DNA from: Eledone cirrhosa | Taxonomy: Eukaryota | Direction of reading: 5' to 3' | DNA: 64,000 nucleotides | Assembly (NCBI GenBank): GCA_964016885.1 | Contig: OZ024745.1 | Span: forward strand, 103,416,001-103,480,000 | Shown here: positions 29,009 to 44,203 of the stretch, piece after piece | Position numbering within the stretch: position 1 is the first letter of the stretch | Layout of the letters: each line of letters starts with the position of its first letter | Notes under the pieces: model-generated | What the model saw: only the letters and a program-made list of their open reading frames with translations | The model's database searches: none | What the model was told of the DNA's origin: nothing | Translations under genes and position numbers: made by a program

Positions 29009-31023
29009 TAAAAATAATGAATAAAAACAAAGAAACAGTTCCTTATTTTAAAAATTCATCATTTTACGATCGTTTCTAGGATATATATGTTTGTGTTGGT
29101 ATGTATATCATATAGATCTATGTAAAATTTTTACAAACTATCAGAGGGAATATACATACCTACACATATATATGCTGTCTTCAGAAATAATGATATTTGT
29201 TTATTGAAAAAAACCAACAAAGATTTAATATAATATGTCTGTTTGGGAACAGCTTTTGAATTGACCAATAGAAAGGTAGTAAATGGTCAAGATGGTAAAA
29301 TAGTAGTAATAGAACTTTAATTTAGGGGTAGAGGAAGGCAGATTTCAGTTTTGAATGGAAAGAGTATGATGAATGAAAAGATTATTTTAGGGATGAAAAT
29401 AGGTCAAGTCGGTAAAAGGTATACGAAAAATTGATGTTATAAAAGAATAATGCCAATGTAAATATCCAAGGAGAATAAAATTTTACGATAAATGTGTTAG
29501 TGAAAAATATCAATCTTATTTAAAATATAGGGAATTTACATATATAAAAAGAAAATAAATTAATTAAATTGATAGGTATATTTATATTGATAAATTTATA
29601 TTAATGCATATAAATATGATAAATAAGAGTTAGATGTAATTGAAGAGTGCTATTAAAAACGAAGGGAAAATAAAAAAATAAAAAAATAATAATTATTATT
29701 ATTGGGGGGGGGGGGGGGGTTAAATTTATTAGTGAGAAATAACAAATTTATATAGATTATAAGGAACATAGAATCATAACCTGAAATTAAAATAGTTTAT
29801 ATGTATACTTAATGGTATAAATTTTAGGAAAAGATAGTTGTAAACTTTTTGAAATAATGAAATCTAAGGATATCCTATTAAATAAGCGACAGGAATTAAG
29901 TATATCATGTAATCATAAACTAAGAAGAACTTTTAAATATTATAAACCTAATTAATATACACTTTAGAAATTATTATAATAACACTTTTTTTAAATTAGT
30001 TATCCTATAATTAATATTCTACTACTAATGAATTACATAATTTTATTTCCCTTTTACAGCTATCTTTTCCTAAAATTTATACCATTAAGTATACATATAA
30101 ACTATTTTAATTTCAGGTTATGATTCTATGTTCCTTATAATCTATATAAATTTGTTATTTCTCACTAATAAATTTACCCCCCCCCCCCCCTCCCCCAATA
30201 ATTTTTTTTTTTTTTTTTTTTTTCCCTTCGTTTTTAATAGCACTCTTCAATTACATCTAACTCTTATTTATCATATCTATATGCATTAATATAAATTTAT
30301 CAATATAAATATACTTATCAATTTAATTAATTTATTTTCTTTTTATAGATGTAAATTCCCTATATTTTAAATAAGATTGATATTTTTCACTAACACATTT
30401 ATCGTAAAATTTTATTCTCCTTAGATATTTACATTGGCATTATTCTTTTATAACATCAATTTTTCGTATACCTTTTACCGACTTGACCTATTTTCATCCC
30501 TAAAATAATCTTTTCATTCATCATACTCTTTCCATTCAAAATTGAAATCTGCCTTCCTCTACCCCTAAATTAAAGTTCTATTACTACTATTTTACCATCT
30601 TGACCATTTACTACCTTTCTATTGGTCAATTCAAAACCTGTTCCCAAACAGACCTATTATATTAAATCTTTGTTGGTTTTTTTTCAATAAACAAATATCA
30701 TTATTTCTGAAGACAGCATATATATGTGTAGGTATGTATATTCCCTCTGATAGTTTGTAAAAATTTTACATAGATCTATATGATATACATACCAACACAA
30801 ACATATATATCCTAGAAACGATCGTAAAATGATGAATTTTTTAATATAAGGAACTGTTTCTTTGTTTTTATTCATTATTTTTATTAATTTATCTTGACTC
30901 TGTTTTCCTGTATTTTTCATCGGAAAAAAATGTTTGAATACATCTCTTTTCATGATATTCGGATTACATTGAGTTCTTCATACGGATTGGACACTACCGT
31001 ACATTTTGGTAGATTTATCTACA
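29003..31023 (+). mobile_element. PLE 3' end with about 840-bp inverted duplication (relative of the 18376 family)
   Basis: 29003-29844 is the reverse complement of 30052-30888; spacer 29845-29955 matches the last codons of the PLE ORF at 20595-20705; TA tracts on both sides. Confidence 0.9.
30697..30833 (+). ncRNA. Hammerhead ribozyme with about 100-nt stem II (F6); mirror copy about 29058-29195 (-)
   Basis: attt CTGAAGA (30707), long hairpin (ggtatgtatat/atatacatacc and atatatatgt/acatatatat), GAAA cgatcg TA aaatgat; stem III ACGATCGT is palindromic. Confidence 0.7.
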
Positions 31024-31053
31024 TATATATATATATATATATACAGATATATA

Positions 31054-31088
<35 letters not shown>

Positions 31089-31154
31089 GTTATTCCGGGT
31101 TGAATCGGAGGTAACCACAGTAAGTAAGGTACTCAATACATAGCAGAGTATAAC

Positions 31155-31277
31155 AGTTTTAATATAGATGAGATTCTACAGGACTAGAACTGTTTCATTC
31201 ATTAGAAATCATCAGGAATCCTGATGATTTCTAATGAATGAAACAGTTCTAGTCCTGTAGAATCTCATCTATATTAA

Positions 31278-31281
<4 letters not shown>
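31155..31281. repeat. Perfect 63-bp-arm palindrome with back-to-back HHR cores (F7)
   Basis: Centre atcagga-a-tcctgat at 31218; ctgatga-tttctaatgaat-gaaac on each strand. Confidence 0.85.
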
Positions 31282-31331
<50 letters not shown>

Positions 31332-31334
<3 letters not shown>

Positions 31335-31545
31335 AAGGTATACATTGCTGACGATAGCTAATAAGCTTGAAACTAGTACAGTGTTCCTTTGTCAGTGTTG
31401 AACAAACGAGCAACGATGGTTGCTAGACACTACGGCTTAATACGGGATGTTTGTTTACAAACACACCGAGCATTATAATAAATGTTCGGTGAATCCATAT
31501 GTACATATATATATGTGTGCATGTATGTATATATATACACATACT
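31332..31545 (+). mobile_element. Partial unit of the 420-bp HHR element (F1 HHR at 31342-31384)
   Basis: acattg CTGACGA tagctaataagctt GAAA ctag TA cagtgt; matches 14890-15100. Confidence 0.85.
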
Positions 31546-31888
31546 TACAACCAAGAGAAAAATACCACAAATGGCGGAGGGGGTATTAATATCTCGGCTA
31601 CAGACGTGGTGGCTAAGGAGGGCTAGAAGTGTAAATAGTGTAAGCTTGAGAGCAGTCACTATATTTCTGTGGTTACTCTACCGTAGGGAGTTATAAAAGA
31701 AAGAAGAAACATTAGACATAAATAAAAAAAATATATATACCCAATATTCTTCAACATCCTCGACTGCGCTGTTTCGTGGCTACTATGCAAAAACATTACA
31801 TCATAGAGATGCAATATTTTTGTGGGGTTTGCCAACTTATCAAGAGAATACCTCGTATAAAGTTTCTTCATTTTTCTTTATAATGTAT

Positions 31889-31890
<2 letters not shown>
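31545..31890 (-). mobile_element. Short element with variant long-stem-II HHR (F8); relative at 43640-43810
   Basis: Minus strand: ctc TTGATAA gttggc...gccac GAAA cagcgcag TC gag. Confidence 0.5.
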
Positions 31891-31944
<54 letters not shown>

Positions 31945-31947
<3 letters not shown>

Positions 31948-32551
31948 TGGCTGCCAACTCGTTTTCGAGTACGACCACTACTTTATATCCATGTAGGAGA
32001 AGCCCTACCGATGCGCTGACGAGTGTGACTTTTTAGTCCAGCCAGAGCCTTGAAAACTCTGGTACAAACACTACACTTCTGACAATTATTGACACATAGT
32101 GCTGGGCCCATGGTACCATGTGATGAAAAGTGCAGAGAGATCTCCAGATATAAAGCAATGCCTGTGCCGTGAAGCTTTTATAGTGAGCAAAGGCACTGCA
32201 CAAAGCCAGTCCCACTCTCTTAACCAAGATGATATTTACCAAAAAGAAGTACAAGTCAACATCATTGGATACCATCAGAGTTGCAGGTGTTATATCAGAG
32301 TTTTCCTTTTCCTAGAATTCTGCCTTGACAAAGGCTAAGGGGTCATCTATCCCAGTGATTTTGTATGGCCATTGACTCTTAAGAGCTCCTTTGCCCTTTG
32401 ATAGGTTTTGTTTTTAGTCCTGCAGGATGTCCAAGTCACCCTCCTCCCCAAGAAACCTTGGTGAGGTTGCCAGTTTAGTCGCCAACGACCCGACTATGAG
32501 ACAGGTTGTACTGGGATACATGTTACCAGTAGCACCAACTGGTGACCTGAC
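31945..32551 (-). mobile_element. 'Family A' retroposon, longest copy
   Basis: Flanked by (TA)n on both sides; extends furthest at the right end. Confidence 0.75.
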
Positions 32552-32574
32552 ATATATATATATACATATATATA

Positions 32575-32942
32575 ATTGTGTATAGTGGTAGCTATGGTGC
32601 TTCCATAGGCGGTATGCCAAAATTAGCACTCGATATTCGTCAGAGTAGAGTGTAGATATTATAAAGAAAACGAAAAATCAGTGATGCATCTGGACTTAGT
32701 TTATTTTGTGTTACAAATGTTTCGCCGGTATGTAGCTCGAGTCATTGTCCTTGTATAGATCTGGCAGATTCTACTTCTGCGGGTTCTTTCAGACACGGGT
32801 GTTACGTCCGAGCAAATTTTATCACTGGGGTGTTATCATAAAAAAAACACCCTCAAAAAACCCTATTTCCACCCTTGTCATGCCATTGGCTGTTTTTACT
32901 CCACGTCATCACAAGTTCTGGTCAGTATCTGCTGCCACACGC
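32575..32942 (-). mobile_element. Short PLE-like terminal element (F9); relative at 44340-44645 (+)
   Basis: aaagaaaacgaaaaatcagtgatgcatctggact is shared in inverted orientation with 44605-44640; HHR-like gtgt CTGAAAGA...GAAA catttg TA acac. Confidence 0.55.
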
Positions 32943-33066
32943 ATATATATATATATAGATATATATATATATACATATATATACAGATGTATATATATAT
33001 AAATATAGATATATATATATATATACAGATATATATATATACAAATATATATATATATAGATATAG

Positions 33067-33099
<33 letters not shown>

Positions 33100-33240
33100 C
33101 ATATATATCTATAGATATATATATACAGATATATATATATATATAAAACTGGTATATATTGTATCATGGTAACATGGTATCCTTGAAATATGTATAATAA
33201 AATAAATATGGTTTTATAAATATAGTTTCCATTTGTTAAT

Positions 33241-33292
<52 letters not shown>

Positions 33293-33317
33293 TGTACAGA
33301 TATATATATATATATAC

Positions 33318-33388
<71 letters not shown>

Positions 33389-33433
33389 TATATACAGATA
33401 TATATATATATATATACATACATATATATATAC

Positions 33434-33479
<46 letters not shown>

Positions 33480-33652
33480 ATAGATATAGATAGATAGATA
33501 GATAGATATGCACAGTCACATTATTTACACATAACCACTTAGGAAGGGCAAGATAAATAAAACCTGAAATGAAATATTTTATTGTGCTAGGTTTATTTAT
33601 TTAGCAATCATTTTCACATACTTTGAAGTAGGTTTCCTTCAAATATATATAA

Positions 33653-33705
<53 letters not shown>

Positions 33706-33769
33706 TGTTGTTTCATTGAACTATATATATATATATCAACCTTGAAATCAGCAGCACACTTTCTATGAA

Positions 33770-33805
33770 CTCAGTTAACTATTTGATATACTTGAAATAA
33801 AAAAG

Positions 33806-33839
<34 letters not shown>

Positions 33840-33948
33840 AAAAAGTATGACCCCGTCGACATTTCTATTCCCCACTCTACTACCCTAAGTATTGAGTACT
33901 CTGGTGCGTTATGGTCCATCTGGTTCCTTACCACAATTCCTTTGTTAT
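33770..33948 (+). mobile_element. Terminal fragment of a TA-associated family (also 34464-34580, 38175-38482, 46019-46212)
   Basis: Shared cactctactaccctaagtattgagtactctggtgcgttatggtcca...cctttgtta. Confidence 0.7.
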
Positions 33949-33959
33949 ATATATATATA

Positions 33960-34196
33960 GTGTAGGTGTCACGACAAAAAAACACACAGTCCACGCTGTA
34001 ATGTGGGCGTGTAGGTAACACGGTAAAAACCTCCTAGTCCACACTGTAAACGTGGTTGGTGTTAGGAAGGGCATCCAGCCGTAGAAAACCCGCCAGACAG
34101 TCCTGAGCAGGACAACCAATCTTGCCTCAAGTGGAAAAATTCCCGTCCAAACCCATGCTAGCGTGGAAGATGGACGTTAAACGATGATGATGATGA

Positions 34197-34200
<4 letters not shown>
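33960..34200 (+). mobile_element. RTE 3' UTR-only fragment
   Basis: Reverse complement of 59445-59695; (GAT)n tail; a further 3' stub lies at 34299-34376 (-). Confidence 0.85.
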
Positions 34201-34295
<95 letters not shown>

Positions 34296-34373
34296 CCTAT
34301 CATCATCATCATCATCATCATCAGGTTTAGCGTCCGTGTTCCACGCTTGCATGGGTTTGGACGGGGGTTTTCC

Positions 34374-34411
<38 letters not shown>

Positions 34412-34413
34412 CC

Positions 34414-34463
<50 letters not shown>

Positions 34464-34465
<2 letters not shown>

Positions 34466-34580
34466 GGAAAATGTGTAACCCCGACAGCAGAGCTCAAGCC
34501 GTTTCGACGGCTATTTCTAGACTCTAGAAATAGCCGTTGAAACGGCTTGAGCTCTGCCGTCGGGGTTACACATTTTCCTA
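34464..34580. repeat. About 57-bp-arm palindrome containing HHR 3' halves (F10)
   Basis: taggaaaatgtgtaaccccgac...tctag-act-ctaga...gtcggggttacacattttccta; GAAA cggc-ttgagctct-gccg TC. Confidence 0.8.
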
Positions 34581-34616
34581 TATATATATATATATATACA
34601 GATATATATATATATA

Positions 34617-34961
34617 ATCATCATCATCATCATTTCATTTTACGTCCACTTTTTCCCTGCTTGCAAGGGTGGGACGGGAAGTGATTCTGGCTTGATTTCT
34701 ACAGCTGGATGCCCTTCCTAACACCAACCTTATTTACAGTGAGTGCTGGGTGCTTTTTTGCCGTGGCACCTCCACGACCACTTTGCAGTGGAATGATAGG
34801 GACCCCAGTCCCAATCATCTCATTTCTACAGCTGAGTAAACTGGAACAATGTGAAATAAAGTGTCTTGCTCAAGGAAACAACACATCACCCGGTCTGAGA
34901 ATTGAACTCACAACCTTTCGATTGCAAGGCCAATGCTCTAACCACTAAGCCATGTGCCTCC
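34617..34961 (-). mobile_element. SINE family 2 copy
   Basis: Reverse complement of 8068-8407 with intact B-box gagttcaattctc. Confidence 0.9.
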
Positions 34962-34981
34962 ACATATATATATATATATAT

Positions 34982-37901
<2,920 letters not shown>

Positions 37902-38116
37902 AAAGAATAGAGGTGTAACACACGAGTTGTGATAAATTAGTAAAAGGAAAAGAAAATGCTGACAAATTTTTCCCAGTGAAAAATAGTTTAATTAGAAATA
38001 AGTAAAAATTAGTAATAAGTATTGGTTAGTATTAAGTTTTAGTTTTAAGTTTTTACCGGTTGCGCATTTCTAATGCTTTTCCAAATAATTTTGAGATAGA
38101 GCACCCATGATGTTTG

Positions 38117-38174
<58 letters not shown>

Positions 38175-38272
38175 ACAATTGTAGTAAGGAACCAGATGGA
38201 CCATAACGCACCAGAGTACTCAATACTTAGGGTAGTAGAATGGGAAATAGAAATGTCGTCGGGGTCATACTT

Positions 38273-38303
<31 letters not shown>

Positions 38304-38479
38304 CATTTACTTTTTTATTTCAAGTATATCAAATAGACTAGAGTTTAGAAATAGCCGTTGAAACAGCTTGAGCTCTGCCGTCGGGGTTACACATTTTCCT
38401 ATTACCCACTCTACTTCCCTAAGTATTTAGTACTCTGATGCGTTATGGTCCAACTGGTTCTTTACCACACTTCCTTTGT

Positions 38480-38482
<3 letters not shown>
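38175..38482. mobile_element. Inverted pair of F10-family termini around a TA tract
   Basis: 38175-38250 is an imperfect reverse complement of 38400-38482. Confidence 0.7.
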
Positions 38483-38541
<59 letters not shown>

Positions 38542-39789
38542 CGTGCATATATATACATAATATATATATACATACATATATATATAAATATATATATATG
38601 TATACCCAAGCTGCTACATTATCAATACACATACAACATAGAGAGGCCAAACATTTGTTTTCTGAGCGTTTTCCATCTGTTTCTTATTCTTAAGTTGATT
38701 TTTATTTCATTTTATTTTCTTATTTTCTTTTCTTATTTTATTTTTTTATTTTATTTTTTATTTTAATTTGTATTTTACATTATTTGATATTGACATATTA
38801 AAACAAGGTACAACAGCTGAAAAGCTAAAATTATCCTTGTAGATTCACATTTGTGAGATCACATTTCTTTAAGTGTACCTAAATGAAAAATACATGTCAC
38901 TGATGATCTAACAAAAGAACCTTTGATCACTCAACCTATTACAAATAACAATCAAATATGTCTAAGATCACATCCTGAAAAAAAAAAGAATATATTGGCT
39001 GAATGAAAGGGTGTGATGTTCATATCTGGAAGGCTTTTGATTGATTATGTCTGCTTGATCAAGGAAGACCTGACCATAAAGAACAATAACAACAACACTA
39101 ACAGTAGATATCATTGATGAACCAACATTTATGCTTCTACTTAGTTCTTCAACATGTCAGAAATAGCAGCCAAATGTCCCTCAGCCAATTTGTAAAAAAA
39201 AAAAAATCAAAGACATCCAACTCCAGGATTGAAACCCTATATCAAACCTCATTCCCACCCATATTCCTCTTACAAATATTGGCTGGAACTAATCTTCATT
39301 TGTTTTCCCTGCTAGCAACAGTTGGACTCAGGTGAATTAGTAAAAGTGTAAAATAGTGTAAATTGAAAATATTTACTGAGAGCAAAGAAGAAAGTGCTAC
39401 ATGACTTTTACATGTCCTTCCTGCTCTAGTTAGGTCAATAACCTTATAGTTTATATACATGTCTTCTGTACTCATAAGATCAATAGCCTCAATTTGGGGC
39501 TCTATTGGCTGATGTTTGTTGTAAAAATCATAGTTAGGGGTGAATCAATGGAGTAAGTTCTATGAATTTGCTCCAACTGCTACAAATAATAGTCAAATCC
39601 TACCATATTAAAAAAGGAAGAGCACATTGGATAATGTTTTGGTAAATATGTATGTGTGTATGTTCCTGTAACTCCTGAGAGGGTCATAGGGGTGCCGTAT
39701 TGACATACAGTGTTTCTTGGGTATTTTGAGCCTGGCAGAGCCCATCCCTCTCCAGGCCAGAGTACAGCAGATTTCTTCCAGAAAGAAGA

Positions 39790-39941
39790 ATCGACCTCAG
39801 TACTAGACTGGTACTTTTTTTTATCGACCTCGAAAGGATAAAAGACAAAGTTGACCTCAGCATGATTTGAACTCAGAGAGCAGGAACAAAAACCATAAAG
39901 CATTCTATCTGATGTGCCATAACTCTGCCAATTCGCCACCT
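39790..39941 (-). mobile_element. SINE family 1, diverged copy
   Basis: ttatcgacctcgaaaggataaaagacaaagttgacctc...gatttgaactc. Confidence 0.7.
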
Positions 39942-40049
39942 ATTGCTAAATATACAATGTCATAAAGAAAAGCAGAATTGTAATAGCTGGATTGCCTTAG
40001 AACCTAGCTATGATTACAGATAACCTGGGGCTAAACAAACAAGAACATT

Positions 40050-40236
40050 ATGGTGGATTGGCAGTATCGGTAGAGGGTCGGACGCCATGCTTTCCAGCAT
40101 AGTTACGTCCCTTTACGATCTGAGTTCAAATCCCGCCGAGGTTGACTTTGCCTTTCATCCTTACGGGGTTGATAAAATAAAGTACCAGTAATGCACTGGG
40201 TGATTGCTGGCCTTGTGCCTAAAGTAGAAACAATTA
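40050..40236 (+). mobile_element. SINE family 1 copy
   Basis: ggtggattggcagtatcggtagag, gagttcaaatccc B-box, conserved core. Confidence 0.9.
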
Positions 40237-40363
40237 TGGCTAGGAAGAAAACTGAAGAAGGTTGTAGTTCTTAAGGAGTAAAATATTTAGTGCAAGGAGT
40301 TGGTTACAGATTGAGGCATAGTAGGGTTAACAAGGGACAATGAAGTGAGGTATATATGATAGG

Positions 40364-40453
40364 CTTACATTACTGTGGTTTCAGCTCCACTGAATTAGGA
40401 AGCTATTTAAATAGCTTCCTAATTCAGTGGAGCTGAAACCACAGTAATGTAAG
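40364..40453. repeat. Perfect 90-bp palindrome without spacer
   Basis: cttacattactgtggtttcagctccactgaattaggaagctattt|aaatagcttcc...gtaatgtaag. Confidence 0.9.
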
Positions 40454-40869
40454 TAGAAGAGGTACAGGAAGGAGAAATTTTATCTGTGAACCAATCGTAA
40501 TATATATTTTATATTGCAATTTATGAACAGCTAAGAGAAATATCATTCTCCAGGTGGTTCTCTGCTGTTGTAAGTATATTTGTGTGTGTGCATGTGTGTG
40601 CTTTTCATAATGTATTTATCAATGTATCCAAATGTATAAAAAGGAGAAACTTTGTGACATGAAGATGATATAAATTCACACGATTGTATTTAGTCTTCTG
40701 GTTTATTTAATTTAATACATTTGTTCTCTACAAAATGGTGAGCCCCAGCATAATGAGATATGAACCAATAATAATCAGAGTACTTTTAATGATTCTGAGA
40801 GTACACAGAGAAACTCCAGAGTAGGAAGATTTCAGATTGGCCTTAATAAAGAATATTTATATATATATA

Positions 40870-41153
40870 TAATATATAAGAACAAAAGATGGTTAAAAGA
40901 GTTCCATGTATTTTATTATGCGCATTTCAAAAACAAATATCATCATGCAATAATATTTGTGTTTTCATCAGATAAAACAGGAAGACATGATATGAAGGTT
41001 AAAAAACACTTGTGGATAGTGCAGTTTTAAATCAACATATCATAAATATATTATAAATATATTATGTATACTCCAGTCCTACAAACCGTAGAGTGCTTCT
41101 TATCCGATATCTGCATTGCTTTATTGTACTACAATAAAACTCACCTCCTACAT
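40870..41153 (-). mobile_element. Non-inverted copy of the F4 HHR element (HHR 40909-40979)
   Basis: Near-identical to segments of 25385-25800; TA tracts on both sides. Confidence 0.85.
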
Positions 41154-41343
41154 TTATATATATATATATATACACCATTGCTAGCATGGAAAATAGATGT
41201 TAAACGATGATGTTAAATCCCACTATCAGACTAAAATTTCTTTAGTAAAAAAATACGGCAAAAGCTTCTATTTCTAATTTTCAAACTCACTCGCTGTTTC
41301 AAAACATACTTAGTTGTCATATATATATATATACGAAAAAGAT

Positions 41344-41465
41344 ATATAAGGAAAAGAAATAGAAAATGCAACTGGAGTCTTTTTAAGAATATTTATTCAT
41401 AAGGAAATAAATAAATATTCTCTTAAAAAGACTCCAGTAGCATTTTCAATTTCTTTTTCTTATAT
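41344..41465. repeat. Imperfect palindrome between TA tracts
   Basis: gaaaatgcaactggagtctttttaag pairs with cttaaaaagactccagtagcattttc. Confidence 0.7.
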
Positions 41466-41689
41466 TTTTCACCTGTGTAGGACATCTGGTTTTTTTTATT
41501 TAAAAAAAACACATTTTGTTATATATATATATATTGGAAAATGTTGCCAAGCCAACAGTATATTAATGTATAATATGATAGGTTAGGTATAATAATTTAT
41601 TTTTTAATTATGTCAATGCCAAATGCACAATATTCAAATTAGACCAGTCATTTCAGTTAATTTCTTGTTTATCTTTAATACTAAGGGCA

Positions 41690-42175
41690 TCTATGCTGTG
41701 TCACTGAAGCTTCCCAGTTCGATTGTGTGCCATCCTAGACCCGCAGTGCCATGGTACGGCACCCTAGCTCTAAAGTGCCATATTTTCTCACACTATCTCC
41801 CATTGCCATAGGAAAGTCACCCTAACTCCATATTTCCATACTCTGTCACTGAAGCTCCCCAGTTCCATAGTGTGCCATCCTAGGTCTACAGTGCTATAGT
41901 GTGCCACCCTAGCTCTGCAGTGCCATAGTGCAGCACCCTAGCTTGAAAGTGCCATATTTTCTCACCCTATCTACCCATTACCTTAGCGGGGGGGGGGGGT
42001 CACCCTAGCTCCATATTTCCATACTGTTTCATTGAAGCTACCCTGTTCCATAGTGTGCCAGCCTACTTCTGCAGTGCCATAGTCCAGCACCCTAGCTCCA
42101 AAGTGCCGTATTTTTCCAACCTATCTCCCCATTGCCATATTTTACCATCCTATGTTCCCAGTGCCATACTCTCCC
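41690..42175. repeat. Degenerate hierarchical tandem repeat (gtgccata / caccctagctc subunits)
   Basis: ctgtcactgaagct-like starts at about 41697, 41843 and 42024; many caccctagctc and agtgccata motifs. Confidence 0.7.
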
Positions 42176-42523
42176 ATAACAGAATCTTAAAACGATACAC
42201 GCACCTTCTCCTATACCTCCCCCCCCCCCCCCCGTGTTTTATTTACCCCCTTTTTTATGTATCTATTTGTGAAGTTACATACAGATTTTAATGTATTCCA
42301 AAATATTGTAAATTTATTTATTTTATTTTATTATCCTATTGTGTTTATATGTGGGTGTTTTTATGTGTGGACCTGTGCGTAGGTATATGTATGTGTGTGT
42401 GTATGTAGATATATATATATACGTGGGTGTATATGGGCATGTGTACGTATATACTTGTGCTTATGAGCGCGTGTGTGTGCATGCATGTACATGTATGTAC
42501 GTATGTGGCTGAGTGTGTGTGTG

Positions 42524-42558
<35 letters not shown>

Positions 42559-43147
42559 GTGAGTGTATGTACGTATAGCTACGTATGAGTATGTGTGTGT
42601 ATGTGGGTGCGTATGTGTATATATATATGTGTGTGTGGGGGTGCGGGTGTATGAATATGTGGGCCTCTATATATGTGTATGTGTATTTGTGTATACATGT
42701 ATATGTTTATGTACATTTCACAGGAATGAGTACGGATTATTATATATGGATTATATATACATTTGATTACTATTATTTTTATTATTTTATCATGTATCCA
42801 TTGTATATATCGGTATATGTATGTATGAATGTGTGTGCATGTGTTTATATAGAGATATAGAGATATTATATTGTATACTATATTGATATTTTATGTTATG
42901 TTATTTTACCGTTATTTTATGGTATATTGTTTTTTATTATATAATGTATTTTTAATTTACGGTTTTGTTTATATATGTATATGTGGAAACGTGTGTGTAA
43001 GCAAATATGCATATGTGCAGGTGTCTGCATGTGGCAGTCCGTGTGCATATGTATATGTAGATGTATATATGTCTGCATGTATATATGTATGTATGTGTGT
43101 GGGTGCGTGTATGTATGTAGTGTTTTTATATATATATATATATATGT

Positions 43148-43610
43148 AAGTATGTATGTATACGTACATACACATATGTATACAGACGTACAGTAGCATG
43201 CATATATATATATATATACATATATATACATACAGGTACACATACATATATGTACGTATCAGTTTAGCGGACGCTTATTATAACGCCCGCTTTGTTCGTT
43301 TGTAAACAAACTGAACAGCCTGAATTTATGCCGTACGGTGTTAAGGCAACCACGTCACCTTTTTGTTCAACACTGACACAGGAACGATGTACTAGTTTCA
43401 AGCTTGTTAGCTATCATCAACACCGTATACCCTTCTACCAGATGGTTGAACGTTCGAAAGTATATACTTTCCTTATGAAAATTAACGGCTGAGCAGCCTG
43501 TTTTGCATATCGAGTGCATATGTGCATATGTGTATGTACGTATACATACATACTTACATTTAAGTAAGTGCCGTACTAAGAGTGAGAAATGAAATTTCGT
43601 TTTCATTTTA
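43148..43610 (-). mobile_element. Single unit of the 420-bp HHR element (HHR 43384-43426, core C>T)
   Basis: Collinear with 12078-12500. Confidence 0.8.
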
Positions 43611-43892
43611 TTACAACTTATATATATATATATATATACATTATGAAGAGAGAAGAAACATTTAGATATAATTAATAATAAAATGTATCATACCTAAACT
43701 GCTCCTATATTCCTCGACTACGTAGTTTCGTGGCATAAACAAAAACAATACATCATAAAGATATAGAGTCCTTGCGAGGTCTGCCGACTTATCAAGAGGT
43801 TACCTCATTTATATATATATATATGTGTGTGTGTCTGTATGTGTGTATGTAATTTTGTGTACGTATGTATATTTTGTATGTATGTGTGTGCA

Positions 43893-43933
<41 letters not shown>

Positions 43934-44154
43934 ATGTGTGTATGTATATATGTGTGTGTATGAGTGTATATATATATATATGCATATAAGTTGTGCGTAG
44001 GTATGTGTGCGCGTGTATGTGTGTGTACATGTGTATGTTTACGTGGGCCGTGCCTGTCGGACCAGATATATGGCGCGACTTAAGCTGGCATTAACAGGCT
44101 TGTGGCAGTCTGTATCTAGAAGTGGGTGTGCCTGGGTCTGTGGAAGTGAGGGAA

Positions 44155-44203
<49 letters not shown>

